A stretch of DNA of 64,000 nt from NCBI RefSeq assembly GCF_009914755.1, contig NC_060933.1. One strand, 5' to 3'. The position numbers and the translations under genes are program-made. Under the pieces are notes generated by a model that did no database searches, was not told where the DNA came from, and worked only from the letters and a program-made list of their open reading frames with translations. Source of the stretch: the human T2T-CHM13v2.0 reference genome, Homo sapiens. Shown here one piece after another: positions 42,230 through 57,300 of this stretch (the stretch's first letter is position 1; every line of letters begins with the position of its first letter).

Positions 42230-45200
42230 CCGTTCCATTCCATTCCATTACATTCGGATTGATTCTATTCAATTCCCTTACACTCCATTACATTCCATTC
42301 CATTCGGGTAGTTTCCATTCCATTCCATTCCATTCCTCTCCATTCCATTGCACTCGGGTTGATTCCATTCCATTGCATTCCATTCCATTCCATTCAATTC
42401 CATTCCGTTCCATTCCATTCCATTACATTCGGATTGATTCTATTCAACTCCCTTACTCTCCATTACATTCCATTCCATTCGGGTTGTTCCATTCCATTGC
42501 ACTCGGGTTGATTCCATTCCATTCCATTCCATTCCATTCCATTCCATTCCATTCCGGAAGATTCCATTCCATTGCATTCCATTCCATTCCATTCCCCTGC
42601 ACTCGCGTTGATTCCATTCTATTCCATTCTATTCCATTCCATTCCCTTCCTTTCCGTTCCATTCCATTCCATTCCATTCCATTCCATTGCATTCCATTCC
42701 ATTCCGTTCCGTTCCATTCCATTCCATTCCATTCTATTCGGGTTAATTCCATTCAATTCCATTCGATTGCAACCAATTTTTTTCCATTCCATTCCATTCC
42801 ATTCCATTCCATTCCATTCCATTCCATTCCTTTCCATTCCATTACGGATGATTCCATTCCATTGCATTCCATTCCATTCCATTCCCCTGTACTCGGGTTG
42901 ATTCCATTCCATTCCATTCCAATCCATGCCATTCCACTCGTGTTGATTCCATTCTTTCCATTCCATTTAAGTTGAATCCATTCCATTGCATTCCATTCCA
43001 TTCGATTCCATTCGATTGCACTCGGGTTGATTCCATTCCATTGCATTCCATTCCATCCCATTTCATTCCATTCCATTCCTTTCCATTCCATTCCATTCCA
43101 TTGCAATCGAGTTGATTCCATTCCATTCCTTTCCATTCGATTCCATTTCCTTGCATTCCACTCGGGTTGATTCCATTCCCTTCTTTCCACTCCATTACAT
43201 TCCCTTCCATTCCACTCGGAATGATTGATTCCATTCCATTCCATTCCATTTCATTCCATTGCAATCCATTCCAATCCATTCCATTATATTCCATTCCACT
43301 CGAGTTGATTTCATTCCATTCCTTTCCATTCCATTCCATTCCTTTCCACTCGAGTTGATTCCATTCCATTCCATTCCATTGCATTCCATTCCATGCCATT
43401 CCACTCGGGTTGATTCCATTCCATTCCATTCCATTCCATTCCATTCCATTGCATTCCATTCCATTCCTTTCCCCTGCACTCGGGTTGATTCCTTTCCTTT
43501 CCATTCCATTTAATTCCTTTCCATTCCATTCCATTCCATTCCAATCCGTTCCATTCCATTCCATTCTATTCCACTGCAATCGACTTGATTCCATTCCATT
43601 CCATTCTATTCCATTTCATTCCATTCCATTCCATTCCATTCCATTTTGTTCCAATCCATTCTATTCTGAACCATTCCATTCCATTCCATTCCGTTCCGTT
43701 CCATTCCATTCCATTCCATTCCATTCCGTTCCGTTCCATTCCATTCCATTCCATTCTATTCGGGTTAATTCCATTCCATTCCATTCGATTGCCATCGAGT
43801 TGATTCCATTCCATTCCATTCCTTTCCATTCCATTACGGATGACTCCATTCCATTGCATTCCATTCCATTCCAATCCCCTGTACTCGGGTAGATTCCATT
43901 CCATTCCATTCCACTCCATTCGGTTCCGTTGCATTCCATTCTATTGAATTCCATTCTATTCGGGTTAATTCCATTCCATTCTATTCCATTCCATTCCATT
44001 CCATTCCATTGCAATGGAGTTGATTCCATTCCATTCCATTCCATTCCGGATGATTCCATTCCATTGCATTCCATTCCATTCCATTCCCCTGCACTCGTGT
44101 TGATTGCATTCCCTTCCATTCCATTCCATTCCGTTCCATTCCATTCCATTCCATTCTATTCCGGTTAATTCCATTCCATTCCATTGCATTCCATTCCATT
44201 CCATTGCAATCGAGTTGATTACATTCCATTCCTTTCCATTCCATTCCATTGCCTTGCATTCCACTCGGATTGATTCCATTCCCTTTTTTCCACTCCATTA
44301 CATTCCCTTCCATGATTGATTCCATTCCATTCCATTCCATTTCATTCCATTGCAATCCATTCCAATCCATTCCATTCCATTCCATTCCGCTCGAGTTGAC
44401 TTCATTCCATTCCTTTCCATTCCATTCCATTCCTTTCCACTCGAGTTGATTCCATTCCATTCCAATCCATTGCATTCCATTCCATGCCATTCCACTCGGG
44501 TTGATTCCATTCCTTTGCATTCCATTCCATTCCATTCCATTCCATTCCAATCCATTCCATTCCGTTGCATTCCATTCCATTACATTCGAATTGATTCTAT
44601 TCAACTCCCTTACTCTCCATTACATTCCATTCCATTCGGGTTGTTCCATTCCATTCCATTCCATTCCACTCCATTCCATTGCACTCGTGTTGATTCCATT
44701 CCATTCCATTCCATTCCATTCCATTCCATTCCATTCCATTCCATTCCGGATGATTCCATTCCATTGCATTCCGTTCCATTACATTCCTCTGCACTCGCGT
44801 TGATTCCATTCCATTCCATTCCATTCCATTCCATTCAATTCCATTCCATTACAATTCGTTCCATTCCATTCTATTCCGTACCATTCCATTCCATTCCATA
44901 CCATTCCATTCCATTCCATTCCATTCCATTCCATTCCATTCCGTTCCATTCTGTTCCATTCCATTCCATTCCATTCTATTCGGGTTAATCCCATTCCATT
45001 CCATTCCTTTCCATTCTATTCCATTCCATTGCAATCGAGTTGAATCCATTGCATTTCATTCCATTCCATTCCATTCCATTCCGGAAGATTCCATTCCATT
45101 GCATTCCATTCCATGCCATTCCCCTGCACTCGCGTTGATTCCATTCCATTCCATTCCATTCCATTCCATTCCATTCCATTCCATTCCATTCCATTCCGTT

Positions 45201-47820
45201 CCTTTCTGTTCCGTTCCCTTCCCTTCCATTCCATTCCATTCCATTCCGTTCCGTTCCATTCCATTCCATTCCATTCTATTCGGGTTAATTCCATTCCATT
45301 CCATTCGATTGCAATCGTGTTGATTCCATTCCATTCCATTCCATTCCATTCCATTCCTTTCCATTCCATTACGGATGATTCCATTCCATTGCATTCCATT
45401 CCATTCCATTCCCCTGTACTCGGGTTGATTCCATTCCATTGCATTCCAATCCATGCCCTTCCACTCGTGTTGATTCCATTCTTTCCATTCCATTCAAGTT
45501 GAATCCATTCCATTGCATTCCATTCCATTTGATTCCATTCGATTGCACTCGGGTTGATTCCATTCCATTGCATTCCATTCCATTCCATTCCATTCCATTC
45601 CATTCCGTTCCATTCCATTCCATTACATTCGGATTGATTCTATTCAATTCCCTTACACTCCATTACATTCCATTCCATTCGGGTAGTTTCCATTCCATTC
45701 CATTCCATTCCTCTCCATTCCATTGCACTCGGGTTGATTCCATTCCATTGCATTCCATTCCATTCCATTCAATTCCATTCCGTTCCATTCCATTCCATTA
45801 TATTCGGATTGATTCTATTCAACTCCCTTACTCTCCATTACATTCCATTCCATTCGGGCTGTTCCATTCCATTCCATTCCATTCCACTCCATTCCATTGC
45901 ACTCGGGTTTATTCCATTCCATTCCATTCCATTCCATTCCATTCCATTCCATTCCGGAAGATTCGATTCCATTGCATTCCATTCCATTCCATTCCCCTGC
46001 ACTCGCGTTGATTCCATTCCATTCCATTCCATTCCATTCCATTCCATTCCATTCCATTCCATTCCTTTCCCTTCCATTCCATTCCATTCCATTCCATTCC
46101 ATTCCATTCCATTGCAATCGAGTTGATTCCATTCCATTCCATTCCATTCCGTTCCGGATGATTCCTTTCCATTCCATTCCATTCCATTCCATTCCATTCC
46201 ATTCCATTCCCCTGCAGTCGGGTTGATTCCATTCCATTCCATCCCATTCCATTCCATTCCATTCCATTCCGTTCCATTCCATTCCATTACATTCGGATTG
46301 ATTCTATTCAATTCCCTTACACTCCATTACATTCCATTCCATTCGGGTAGTTTCCATTCCATTCCATTCCATTCCTCTCCATTCCATTGCACTCGGGTTG
46401 ATTCCATTCCATTGCATTCCATTCCATTCCATTCTATTCTATTCCGTTCCATTCCATTCCATTACATTCGGATTGATTCTATTCAACTCCCTTACTCTCC
46501 ATTACATTCCATTCCATTCGGGTTGTTCCATTCCATTGCACTCGGGTTGATTCCATTCCATTCCATTCCATTCCATTCCATTCCATTCCATTCCGGAAGA
46601 TTCCATTCCATTGCATTCCATTCCATTCCATTCCCCTGCACTCGCGTTGATTCCATTCTATTCCATTCTATTCCATTCCATTCCCTTCCTTTCCGTTCCA
46701 TTCCATTCCATTCCATTCCATTCCATTGCATTCCATTCCATTCCGTTCCGTTCCATTCCATTCCATTCCATTCTATTCGGGTTAATTCCATTCAATTCCA
46801 TTCGATTGCAACCAATTTTTTTCCATTCCATTCCATTCCATTCCATTCCATTCCATTCCATTCCTTTCCATTCCATTACGGATGATTCCATTCCATTGCA
46901 TTCCATTCCATTCCATTCCCCTGTACTCGGGTTGATTCCATTCCATTCCATTCCAATCCATGCCATTCCAATCGTGTTGATTCCATTCTTTCCATTCCAT
47001 TTAAGTTGAATCCATTCCATTGCATTCCATTCCATTCGATTCCATTCGATTGCACTCGGGTTGATTCCATTCCATTGCATTCCATTCCATCCCATTTCAT
47101 TCCATTCCCTTCCTTTCCATTCCATTCCATTCCATTGCAATCGAGTTGATTCCATTCCATTCCTTTCCATTCGATTCCATTTCCTTGCGGTCCACTCGGG
47201 TTGATTCCATTCCCTTCTTTCCATTCCATTCCATTCCATTCCATTCCTTTCCATTCCATTCCATTGCCTTGCATTCCACTCGGGTTGATTCCATTCCCTT
47301 CTTTCCACTTCATTACATTCCCTTCCATTCCACTCGGAATGATTGATTCCATTCCATTCCATTCCATTTCATTCCATTGCAATCCATTCCAATCCATTCC
47401 ATTATATTCCATTCCACTCGAGTTGATTTCATTCCATTCCTTTCCATTCCATTCCATTCCTTTCCACTCGAGTTGATTCCATTCCATTCCATTCCATTGC
47501 ATTCCATTCCATGCCATTCCACTCGGGTTGATTCCATTCCATTCCATTCCATTCCATTCCATTCCATTCCATTGCATTCCATTCCATTCCTTTCCCCTGC
47601 ACTCGGGTTGATTCCTTTCCTTTCCATTCCATTTAATTCCATTCCATTCCATTCCATTCCATTCCAATCCGTTCCATTCCATTCCATTCTATTCCACTGC
47701 AATCGACTTGATTCCATTCCATTCCATTCTATTCCATTTCATTCCATTCCATTCCATTCCATTCCATTTTGTTCCAATCCATTCTATTCTGAACCATTCC
47801 ATTCCATTCCATTCCATTCC
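42230..47820. repeat. About 1.45-kb direct repeat (about 42.23-43.69 kb and 46.27-47.82 kb), offset about 4,039 bp
   Basis: ORF pairs 42453/46492 and 42572/46611. Shared private variants include GCAACCAATTTTTTTCC, CCATTTAAGTTG, CCATTATATTCC, CCACTGCAATCGACTTG and TATTCTGAACC. Confidence 0.88.
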
Positions 47821-48230
47821 ATTGCATTCCATTCCATGCCATTCCACTCGGGTTGATTCCATTCCATTCCATTCCATTCCATTCCATTCCATACCATTCC
47901 GTTCCATTCCATTTCATTACATTCATATTGATTCTATTCAATTCCCTTACACTCCATTATATTCCAATCCATTCTGGTTGTTTCCATTCCATTCCATTCC
48001 ATTTCACTCCATTCCATTGCACTCGGTTTGATTCCATTCCATTCCATTCCATTCCATTCCGGATGATTCCATTCCATTGCATTCCATTCCATTCCATTCC
48101 CCTGCACTCAGGTTGATTCCATTCCATTCCATTCCACTCCATTCTGTTCCGTTCCATTCCATTCTATTGCTTTCCATTCTATTCGGGTTAATTCCATTCC
48201 ATTCTATTCCATTCCATTCCATTCCATTCC

Positions 48231-48340
48231 ATTGCAATGGAGTTGATTCCATTCCATTCCATTCCATTCCAGATGATTCCATTCCATTGCAATGGAGTTG
48301 ATTCCATTCCATTCCATTCCATTCCAGATGATTCCATTCC
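48231..48340. repeat. 55-bp tandem duplication (2 copies)
   Basis: ATTGCAATGGAGTTG...CCAGATGATTCC at 48231 and 48286; both copies share the CCAGATG variant. Confidence 0.88.
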
Positions 48341-51300
48341 ATTGCATTCCATTCCATTCCATTCCCCTGCACTCGTGTTGATTCCATTACCTTCTATTCC
48401 ATTCCATTCCGTTCCATTCCATTGCATTCCATTCTATTCCGGTTAATTCCATTCCATTCCATTCCATTCCATTCCATTCCATTCCATTCCATTCCATTCC
48501 GGAAGATTCCATTCCATTGCATTCCATTCCATTCCATTCCCCTGCACTCGCGTTGATTCCATTCTATTCCATTCTATTCCATTCCATTCCCTTCCTTTCC
48601 GTTCCATTCCATTCCATTCCATTCCATTCCATTGCATTCCATTCCATTCCGTTCCGTTCGTTCCATTGCATTCCATTCTTTTCGGGTTAATTCCATTCAA
48701 TTCCATTCGATTGCAACCAATTTTTTTCCATTCAATTCCATTCCATTCCATTCCATTCCATTCCATTCCTTTGCATTCCATTACGGATGATTCCATTCCA
48801 TTGCATTCCATTCCATTCCATTCCCTTGTACTCGGGTTGATTCCATTCCATTCCATTCCAATCCATGCCCTTCCACTCTTGTTGATTCCATTCTTTCCAT
48901 TCCATTCTAGTTGAATCCATTCCATTTCATTCCATTGCATTCCATTCCATTCGATTGCACTCGGGTTGATTCCATTCCATTGCATTCCATTCCATTCCAT
49001 TCCATTCCATTCCATTCCATTCAATTCCATTCCGTTCCATTCCATTCCATTACATTCGGATTGATTCTATTCAACTCCCTTACTCTCCATTACATTCGAT
49101 TCCATTCGGGTTGTTCCATTCCATTCCATTCCATTCCACTCCATTCCATTGCACTCGGGTTGATTCCATTACATTCCATTCCATTCCGGAAGATTCCATT
49201 CCATTGCATTCCATTACATTCCATTCCCCTGCACTCGCTTTGATTCCATTCCTTTCCATTCCATTCCATTCCATTCCATTCCGTTCCGTTCCATTCCATT
49301 CCATTCCATTCCATTCCATTCCGTTCCGTTCCATTCCGTTCCATTCCATTCTATTCAGGTTAATTCCATTCCTTTCCATTCGATTGCAATCGTGTTGATT
49401 CCATTCCATTCCATTCCATTCCATTCCATTCCATTCCTTTCCATTCCATTACGGATGATTCCATTCCATTGCATTCCATTCCATTCCATTCCCCTGTACT
49501 CGGGTTGATTCCATTCCATTGCATTCCAATCCATGCCCTTCCACTCGTGTTGATTCCATTCATTCCATTCCATTCAAGTTGAATCCATTCCATTGCATTC
49601 CATTCCATTCGATTCCATTCGATTGCACTCGGGTTGATTCCATTCCATTGCATTCCATTCCATTCCATTCCATTCCATTCCATTCCATTCCATTCCGTTC
49701 CATTCCATTCCATTACATTCGGATTGATTCTATTCAATTCCCTTACACTCCATTACATTCCATTCCATTCGGGTAGTTTCCATTCCATTCCATTCCATTC
49801 TTCTCCATTCCATTGCACTCGGGTTGATTCCATTCCATTGCATTCCATTCCATTCCATTCAATTCCATTCCGTTCCATTCCATTCCATTACATTCGGATT
49901 GATTGTATTCAACTCCCTTACTCTCCATTACATTCCATTCCATTCGGGTTGTTCCATTCCATTCCATTCCATTCCACTCCATTCCATTGCACTCGGGTTT
50001 ATTCCATTCCATTCCATTCCATTCCATTCCATTCCATTCCATTCCGGAAGATTCCATTCCATTGCATTCCATTCCATTCCATTCCCCTGCACTCGCGTTG
50101 ATTCCATTCTATTCCATTCTATTCCATTCCATTCCTTTCCTTTCCGTTCCATTCCATTCCATTCCATTCCATTCCATTCCATTCCGTTCCGTTCCATTCC
50201 ATTCCATTACATTCTATTCGGGTTAATTCCATTCCATTCCATTCGATTGCAATCGAGTTGATTCCATTCCATTCCATTCCATTCCATTCCATTCCTTTCC
50301 ATTCCATTACGGATGATTCCATTCCATTGCATTCCATTCCATTCCATTCCCCTGTACTCGGGTTGATTCCATTCCATTCCTTTCCAATCCATGCCCTTCC
50401 ACTCGTGTTGATTCCATTCTTTCCATTCCATTCAAGTTGAATCCATTCCATTGCATTCCATTCCATTCGATTCCATTCGATTGCACTCGGGTTGATTCCA
50501 TTCCATTGCATTCCATTCCATTCCATTCCCCTGCACTCGCGTTGATTCCATTCTATTCCATTCTATTCCATTCCATTCCCTTCCTTTCCGTTCCATTCCA
50601 TTCCATTCCATTCCATTCCATTCCATTCCATTCCGTTCCGTTCCATTCCATTCCATTCCATTGTATTCGGGTTAATTCCATTCCATTCCATTCGATTGCC
50701 ATCGAGTTGATTCCATTCCTTTCCATTCCATTCCATTCCATTCCTTTCCATTCCATTCCTTTCCATTCCATTACGGATGACTCCATTCCATTGCATTCCA
50801 TTCCATTCCATTCCCCTGTACTCGGGTTGATTCCATTCCATTCCATTCCACTCCATTCGGTTCCGTTGCATTCCATTCTATTGCATTCCATTCTATTCGG
50901 GTTAATTCCATTCCATTCTATTCCATTCCATTGCATTCCATTCCATTGCAATGGAGTTGATTCCTTTCCGTTGCATTCCATTCCATTCCATTCCCCTGCA
51001 CTCGTGTTGATTCCATTCCCTTCCATTCCATTCAATTCCGTTCCATTCCATTCCATTCCATTCTATTCCGTTTAACTCCATTCCATTCCATTCCATTCCA
51101 TTCCATTCCATTGCAATCGAGTTGATTGCATTCCATTCCTTTCCATTCCATTCCATTGCCTTGCATTCCACTCGGGTTGATTCCATTCCCTTCTTTCCAC
51201 TCCATTACGTTCCCTTCCATTCCACTCGGAATGATTGATTCCATTCCATTCCATTCCATTTCATTCCATTGCAATCCATTCCAATCCATTCCATTCCATT

Positions 51301-54300
51301 CCATTCCACTCGAGTTGACTTCATTCCATTCCTTTCCATTCCATTCCATTCCTTTCCACTCGAGTTGATTCCATTCCATTCCAATCCATTGCATTCCATT
51401 CCATGCCATTCCACTCGGGTTGATTCCATTCCTTTGCATTCCATTCCATTCCATTCCATTGCATTCCATTCCATTCCGTTCCATTCCGTTGCATTCCATT
51501 CCATTACATTCGGATTGATTCTATTCAACTCCCTTACTCTCCATTACATTCCATTCCATTCGGGTTGTTCCATTCCATTCCATTCCATTCCACTCCATTC
51601 CATTGCACTCGGGTTGATTCCATTCCATTCCATTCCATTCCAGATGATTCCATTCCATTGCATTCCGTTCCATTACATTCCCCTGCACTTGCGTTGATTC
51701 CATTCCATTCCATTCCATTCCATTCAATTCCATTCCATTACAATTCGTTCCATTCCATTCTATTCCGTACCATTCCATTCCATACCATTCCATTCCATTC
51801 CATTCCATTCCATTCCATTCCATTCCGTTCCATTCCGTTCCATTCCATTCCATTCCATTCTATTCGGGTTAATTCCATTCCATTCCATTCCATCCCATTC
51901 TATTACATTCCATTGCAATCGAGTTGAATCCATTGCATTTCATTCCATTCCATTCCATTCCATTCCATTCCATTCCATTCCATTCCGGAAGATTCCATTC
52001 CATTGCATTCCATTTCATTCCATTCCCCTGCACTCGCGTTGATTCCATTCCATTCCATTCCATTCCATTCCATTCCATTCCATTCCTTTCCGTTCCATTC
52101 CATTCGATTCCATTCCATTCCATTCCATTCCGTTCCGTTCCGTTCTGTTCCATTCCATTCCATTCCATTCTATTCGGGTTAATTCCATTCCATTCCATTC
52201 GATTGCAATCGAGTTGATTCCATTCCATTCCATTCCATTCCATTACAATCGAGTTGATTGCATTCCATTCCATTCCATTCCATTCCATTCCAGTCCTTTC
52301 CATTCCATTCCACTCGGGTTGATTCCATTCTATTAGTTTCCATTCCATTCCCTTCCCTTCCATGCCACTCTGGTTGATTCCATTCCTTTCCATTCCACTC
52401 GAATACCATCCCTCCTATTCCACTCGGAACGATTCCATTCCATTCCATTCCATTCCATTCCATTCCATTCCATTCCAGTTCGTTCCATTCCGTTCTATTC
52501 CGTACCATTCCATTCCATTCCCTTCCTTTCCATTCCATTCCTTTCCTCTCGTGTTGATTCCATTCCTTTCCATTCCATTCGGTTTGAAGGCATTCCATTC
52601 CATTCAATTCCATTCCATTCCATTCCATTCCATTCTATTCCATTCCTTTGCAATCGAGTTGAATCCATTGCCTTTCATTCCATTCCATTCCATTCCATTC
52701 CATTCCGGAAGATTCCATTCCATTGCATTCCATTCCATTCCATTCCCCTGCACTCGCGTTGATTCCATTCCATTCCATTCCATTCCGTTCCGTTCCATTC
52801 CATTCCATTCCATTCCATTCCATTCCATTCCGTTCCGTTCCATTCCATTCCATTCCATTCTATTCGGGTTAATTCCATTCCATTCCATTCGATTGCCATC
52901 GAGTTGATTCCATTCCATTCCATTCCTTTCCATTCCATTACGGATGACTCCATTCCATTGCATTCCATTCCATTCCATTCCCCTGTACTCAGGTAGATTC
53001 CACTCCATTCCATTCCACTCCATTCGGTTCCGTTGCATTCCATTCTATTGCATTCCATTCTATTCGGGTTAATTCCATTCCATTCTATTCCATTCCATTC
53101 CATTCCATTGCAATGGAGTTGATTCCATTCCATTCCATTCCATTCCGGATGATTCCATTCCATTGCATTCCATTCCATTCCATTCCCCTGCACTCGTGTT
53201 GATTGCATTCCCTTCCATTCCATTCCATTCCGTTCCATTCCATTCCATTCCATTCTATTCCGGTTAATTCCATTCCATTCCATTCCATTCCATTCCATTC
53301 CATTGCAATCGAGTTGATTCCATTCCATTCCTTTCCATTCCATTCCATTGCCTTGCATTCCACTCGGGTTGATTCCACTCCCTTCTTTCCACTCCATTAC
53401 ATTCCCTTCCATGATTGATTCCATTCCATTCCATTCCATTTCATTCCATTGCAATCCATTCCAATCCATTCCATTCCATTCCATTCCGCTCGAGTTGACT
53501 TCATTCCATTCCTTTCCATTCCATTCCATTCCTTTCCACTAGAGTTGATTCCATTCCATTCCAATCCATTGCATTCCATTCCATGCCATTCCACTCGGGT
53601 TGATTCCATTCCTTTGCATTCCATTCCATTCCATTCCATTCCATTCCATTCCATTCCATTCCATTCCATTCCGTTGCATTCCATTCCATTACATTCGAAT
53701 TGATTCTATTCAACTCCCTTACTCTCCATTACATTCCATTCCATTCGGATTGTTCCGTTCCATTCCATTCCATTCCACTCCATTCCATTGCACTCGGGTT
53801 GATTCCATTTCATTCCATTCCATTCCATTCCATTCCATTCCGGATGATTCCATTCCATTGCATTCCGTTCCATTACATTCCCCTGCACTCGTGTTGATTC
53901 CATTCCATTCCATTCCATTCCATTCAATTCCATTCCATTACAATTCGTTCCATTCCATTCTATTCCGTACCATTCCATTCCATTCCATACCATTCCATTC
54001 CATTCCATTCCATTCCATTCCATTCCATTCCGTTCCATTCCGTTCCATTCCATTCCATTCCATTCTATTCGGGTTAATCCCATTCCATTCCATTCCTTTC
54101 CATTCTATTCCATTCCATTGCAATCGAGTTGAATCCATTGCATTTCATTCCATTCCATTCCATTCCATTCCGGAAGATTCCATTCCATTCCATTCCATTC
54201 CATTCTGTTCGGGTTAATTCCATTCCATTCCATTCGATTGCAATCGTGTTGATTCCATTCCATTCCATTCCATTCCTTTCCATTCCATTACGTATGATTC

Positions 54301-57300
54301 CAATCCATTGCATTCCATTCCATTCCATTCCCCTGTACTCGGGTTGATTCCATTCCATTGCATTCCAATCCATGCCCTTCCACTCGTGTTGATTCCATTC
54401 TTTCCATTCCATTCAAGTTTAATCCATTCCATTGTATTCCATTCCATTCGATTCCATTCGATTGCACTCGGGTTGATTCCATTCCATTGCATTCCATTCC
54501 ATTCCATTCCATTCCGTTCCATTCCATTCCATTACATTCAGATTGATTCTATTCAATTCCCTTACACTCCATTACATTCCATTCCATTCGGGTAGTTTCC
54601 ATTCCATTCCATTCCATTCCTCTCCATTCCATTGCACTCGGGTTGATTCCATTCCATTGCATTCCATTCCATTCCATTCAATTCCATTCCGTTCCGTTCC
54701 ATTCCATTACATTCGGATTGACTCTATTCAATTCCCTTACTCTCCATTACATTCCATTCCATTCGGGTTGTTCCATTCCATTCCATTCCATTCCACTCCA
54801 TTCCATTGCACTCGGGTTTATTCCATTCCATTCCATTCCATTCCATTCCATTCCATTCCATTCCGGAAGATTCCATTCCATTGCATTCCATTCCATTCCA
54901 TTCCCCTGCACTCGCATTGATTCCATTCCATTCCATTCCATTCCATTCCATTCCGTTCCGTTCCATTCCATTCCATTCCATTCCATTCCATTCCGTTCCT
55001 TTCCATTCCATTCCATTCCATTCTATTTGGGTTAATTCCATTCCATTCCATTCGATTGCAATCGAGTTGATTCCATTCCATTGCATTCCATTCCATTCGA
55101 TTCCATTCGATTGCACTCGGGTTGATTCCATTCCATTGCATTCCATTCCATTCCATTCCAATCCATTCCATTCCATGCCATTCCGTTCCATTCCTTTCCA
55201 TTACATTCGGATTGATTCTATTCAATTCCCTTACACTCCATTACATTCCATTCCATTCGGGTAGTTTCCACTCCATTCCATTCCATTCCTCTCCATTCCA
55301 TTGCGCTCTGGTTGATTCCATTCCATTGCATTCCATTCCATTCCATTCAATTACATTCCGTTCCATTCCATTCCATTACATTCGGATTGATTCTATTCAA
55401 CTCCCTTACTCTCCATTACATTCCATTCCATTCGGGTTGTTCCATTCCATTCCATTCCATTCCACTCCATTCCATTGCACTCGGGTTGATTCCATTCCAT
55501 TCCATTCCATTCCATTCCGGAAGATTCCATTCCATTGCATTCCATTACATTCCATTCCCCTGCACTCGCGTTGATTCCATTCCATTCCATTCCATTCCAT
55601 TCCATTCCATTCCATTCCGTTCCGTTCCGTCCCATTCCATTCCATTCCATTCTATTCGGGTTAATTCCATTCCATTCCATTCCATTCCATTCTATTCCAT
55701 TCCATTGCAATCGAGTTGAATCCATTGCATTTCATTCCATTCCATTCCATTCCATTCCGGAAGATTCCATTCCATTGCATTCCATTCTATTCCATTCCCC
55801 TGCACTCACGTTGATTCCATTCCATTCCATTCCATTCCATTCCATTCCGTTCCGTTCCGTTCCGTTCCGTTCCGTTCCATTCCATTCCATTCCATTCCAT
55901 TCCATTCCGTTCCGTTCCATTCCATTCCATTCCATTCTATTCGGGTTAATTCCATTCCATTCCATTGGATTGCAATCGTGTTGATTCCATTCCATTCCAT
56001 TCCATTCCATTCCATTCCTTTCCATTCCATTACGGATGATTCCATTCCATTGCATTCCATTCCATTCCATTCCCCTGTACTCGGGTTGATTCCATTCCAT
56101 TGCATTCCAATCCATGCCCTTCCACTCGTGTTGATTCCATTCTTTCCATTCCATTCAAGTTGAATCCATTCCATTGCATTCCATTCCATTCGATTCCATT
56201 CGATTGCACTCGGGTTGATTCCATTCCATTGCATTGCATTCCATTCCATTCCATTCCATTCCATTCCATTCCATTCCGTTCCATTCCGTTCCATTACATT
56301 CGGATTGATTCTATTCAATTCCCTTACACTCCATTACATTCCATTCCATTCGGATAGTTTCCATTCCATTCCATTCCATTCCTCTCCATTCCATTGCACT
56401 CGGGTTGATTCCATTCCATTGCATCCCATTCCATTCCATTCAATTCCATTCCGTTCCATTCCATTCCATTACATTCGGATTGACTCTATTCAACTCCCTT
56501 AGACTCCATTACATTCCATTCCATTCGGGTTGTTCCATTCCATTCCATTCCATTCCACTCCATTCCATTGCACTCGGGTTTATTCCATTCCATTCCATTC
56601 CATTACATTCAATTCCATTCCATTCCGGAAGATTCCATTCCATTGCATTCCATTCCATTCCACTGCCCTGCACTCGCGTTGATTCCATTCCATTCCATTC
56701 CATTCCATTCCATTCCATTCCATTCCATTCCATTCCTTTTCGTTCCATACCATTCCATTCCATTCCATTCCATTCCATTCCATTCCGTTCCGTTCCGTTC
56801 CATTCCATTCCATTCCATTCTATTCGGGTTAATTCCATTCCATTCCATTCGATAGCAATCGAGTTGATTCCATTCCATTCCATTCCATTCCATTCCATTC
56901 CATTCCATTCCTTTCCATTCCATTACTGATGATTCCATTCCATTGCATTCCATTCCATTCCATTCCCCTGTACTCGGGTTGATTCCATTCCATTCCATTC
57001 CAATCCATGCCATTCCACTCGTGTTGATTCCATTCATTCCATTCCATTCAAGTTGAATCCATTCCATTGCATTCCATTCCATTCCATTCCCCTGCAGTCG
57101 GGTTGATTCCATTCCATTCCATTCCATTCCATTCCATTCCATTCCTTTCCATTTAATTCCATTCCATTCTATTCGGGTTAATTCCATTCCATTCCATTCC
57201 ATTCCATTCCATTCCAATCGAGTTGATTCCATTCCATTCCATTCCATTCCATTCCACTCCATTCCAGTCCTTTCCATTCCATTACACTCGGGTTGATTCC

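Noticed and set aside
42769-42785. T7 tract as a retroelement poly(A) remnant or terminator
   Set aside because: It aligns base-for-base to the consensus module with no insertion, target-site duplication or adjoining element. No Alu, L1 or alpha-satellite sequence was seen anywhere in the window.
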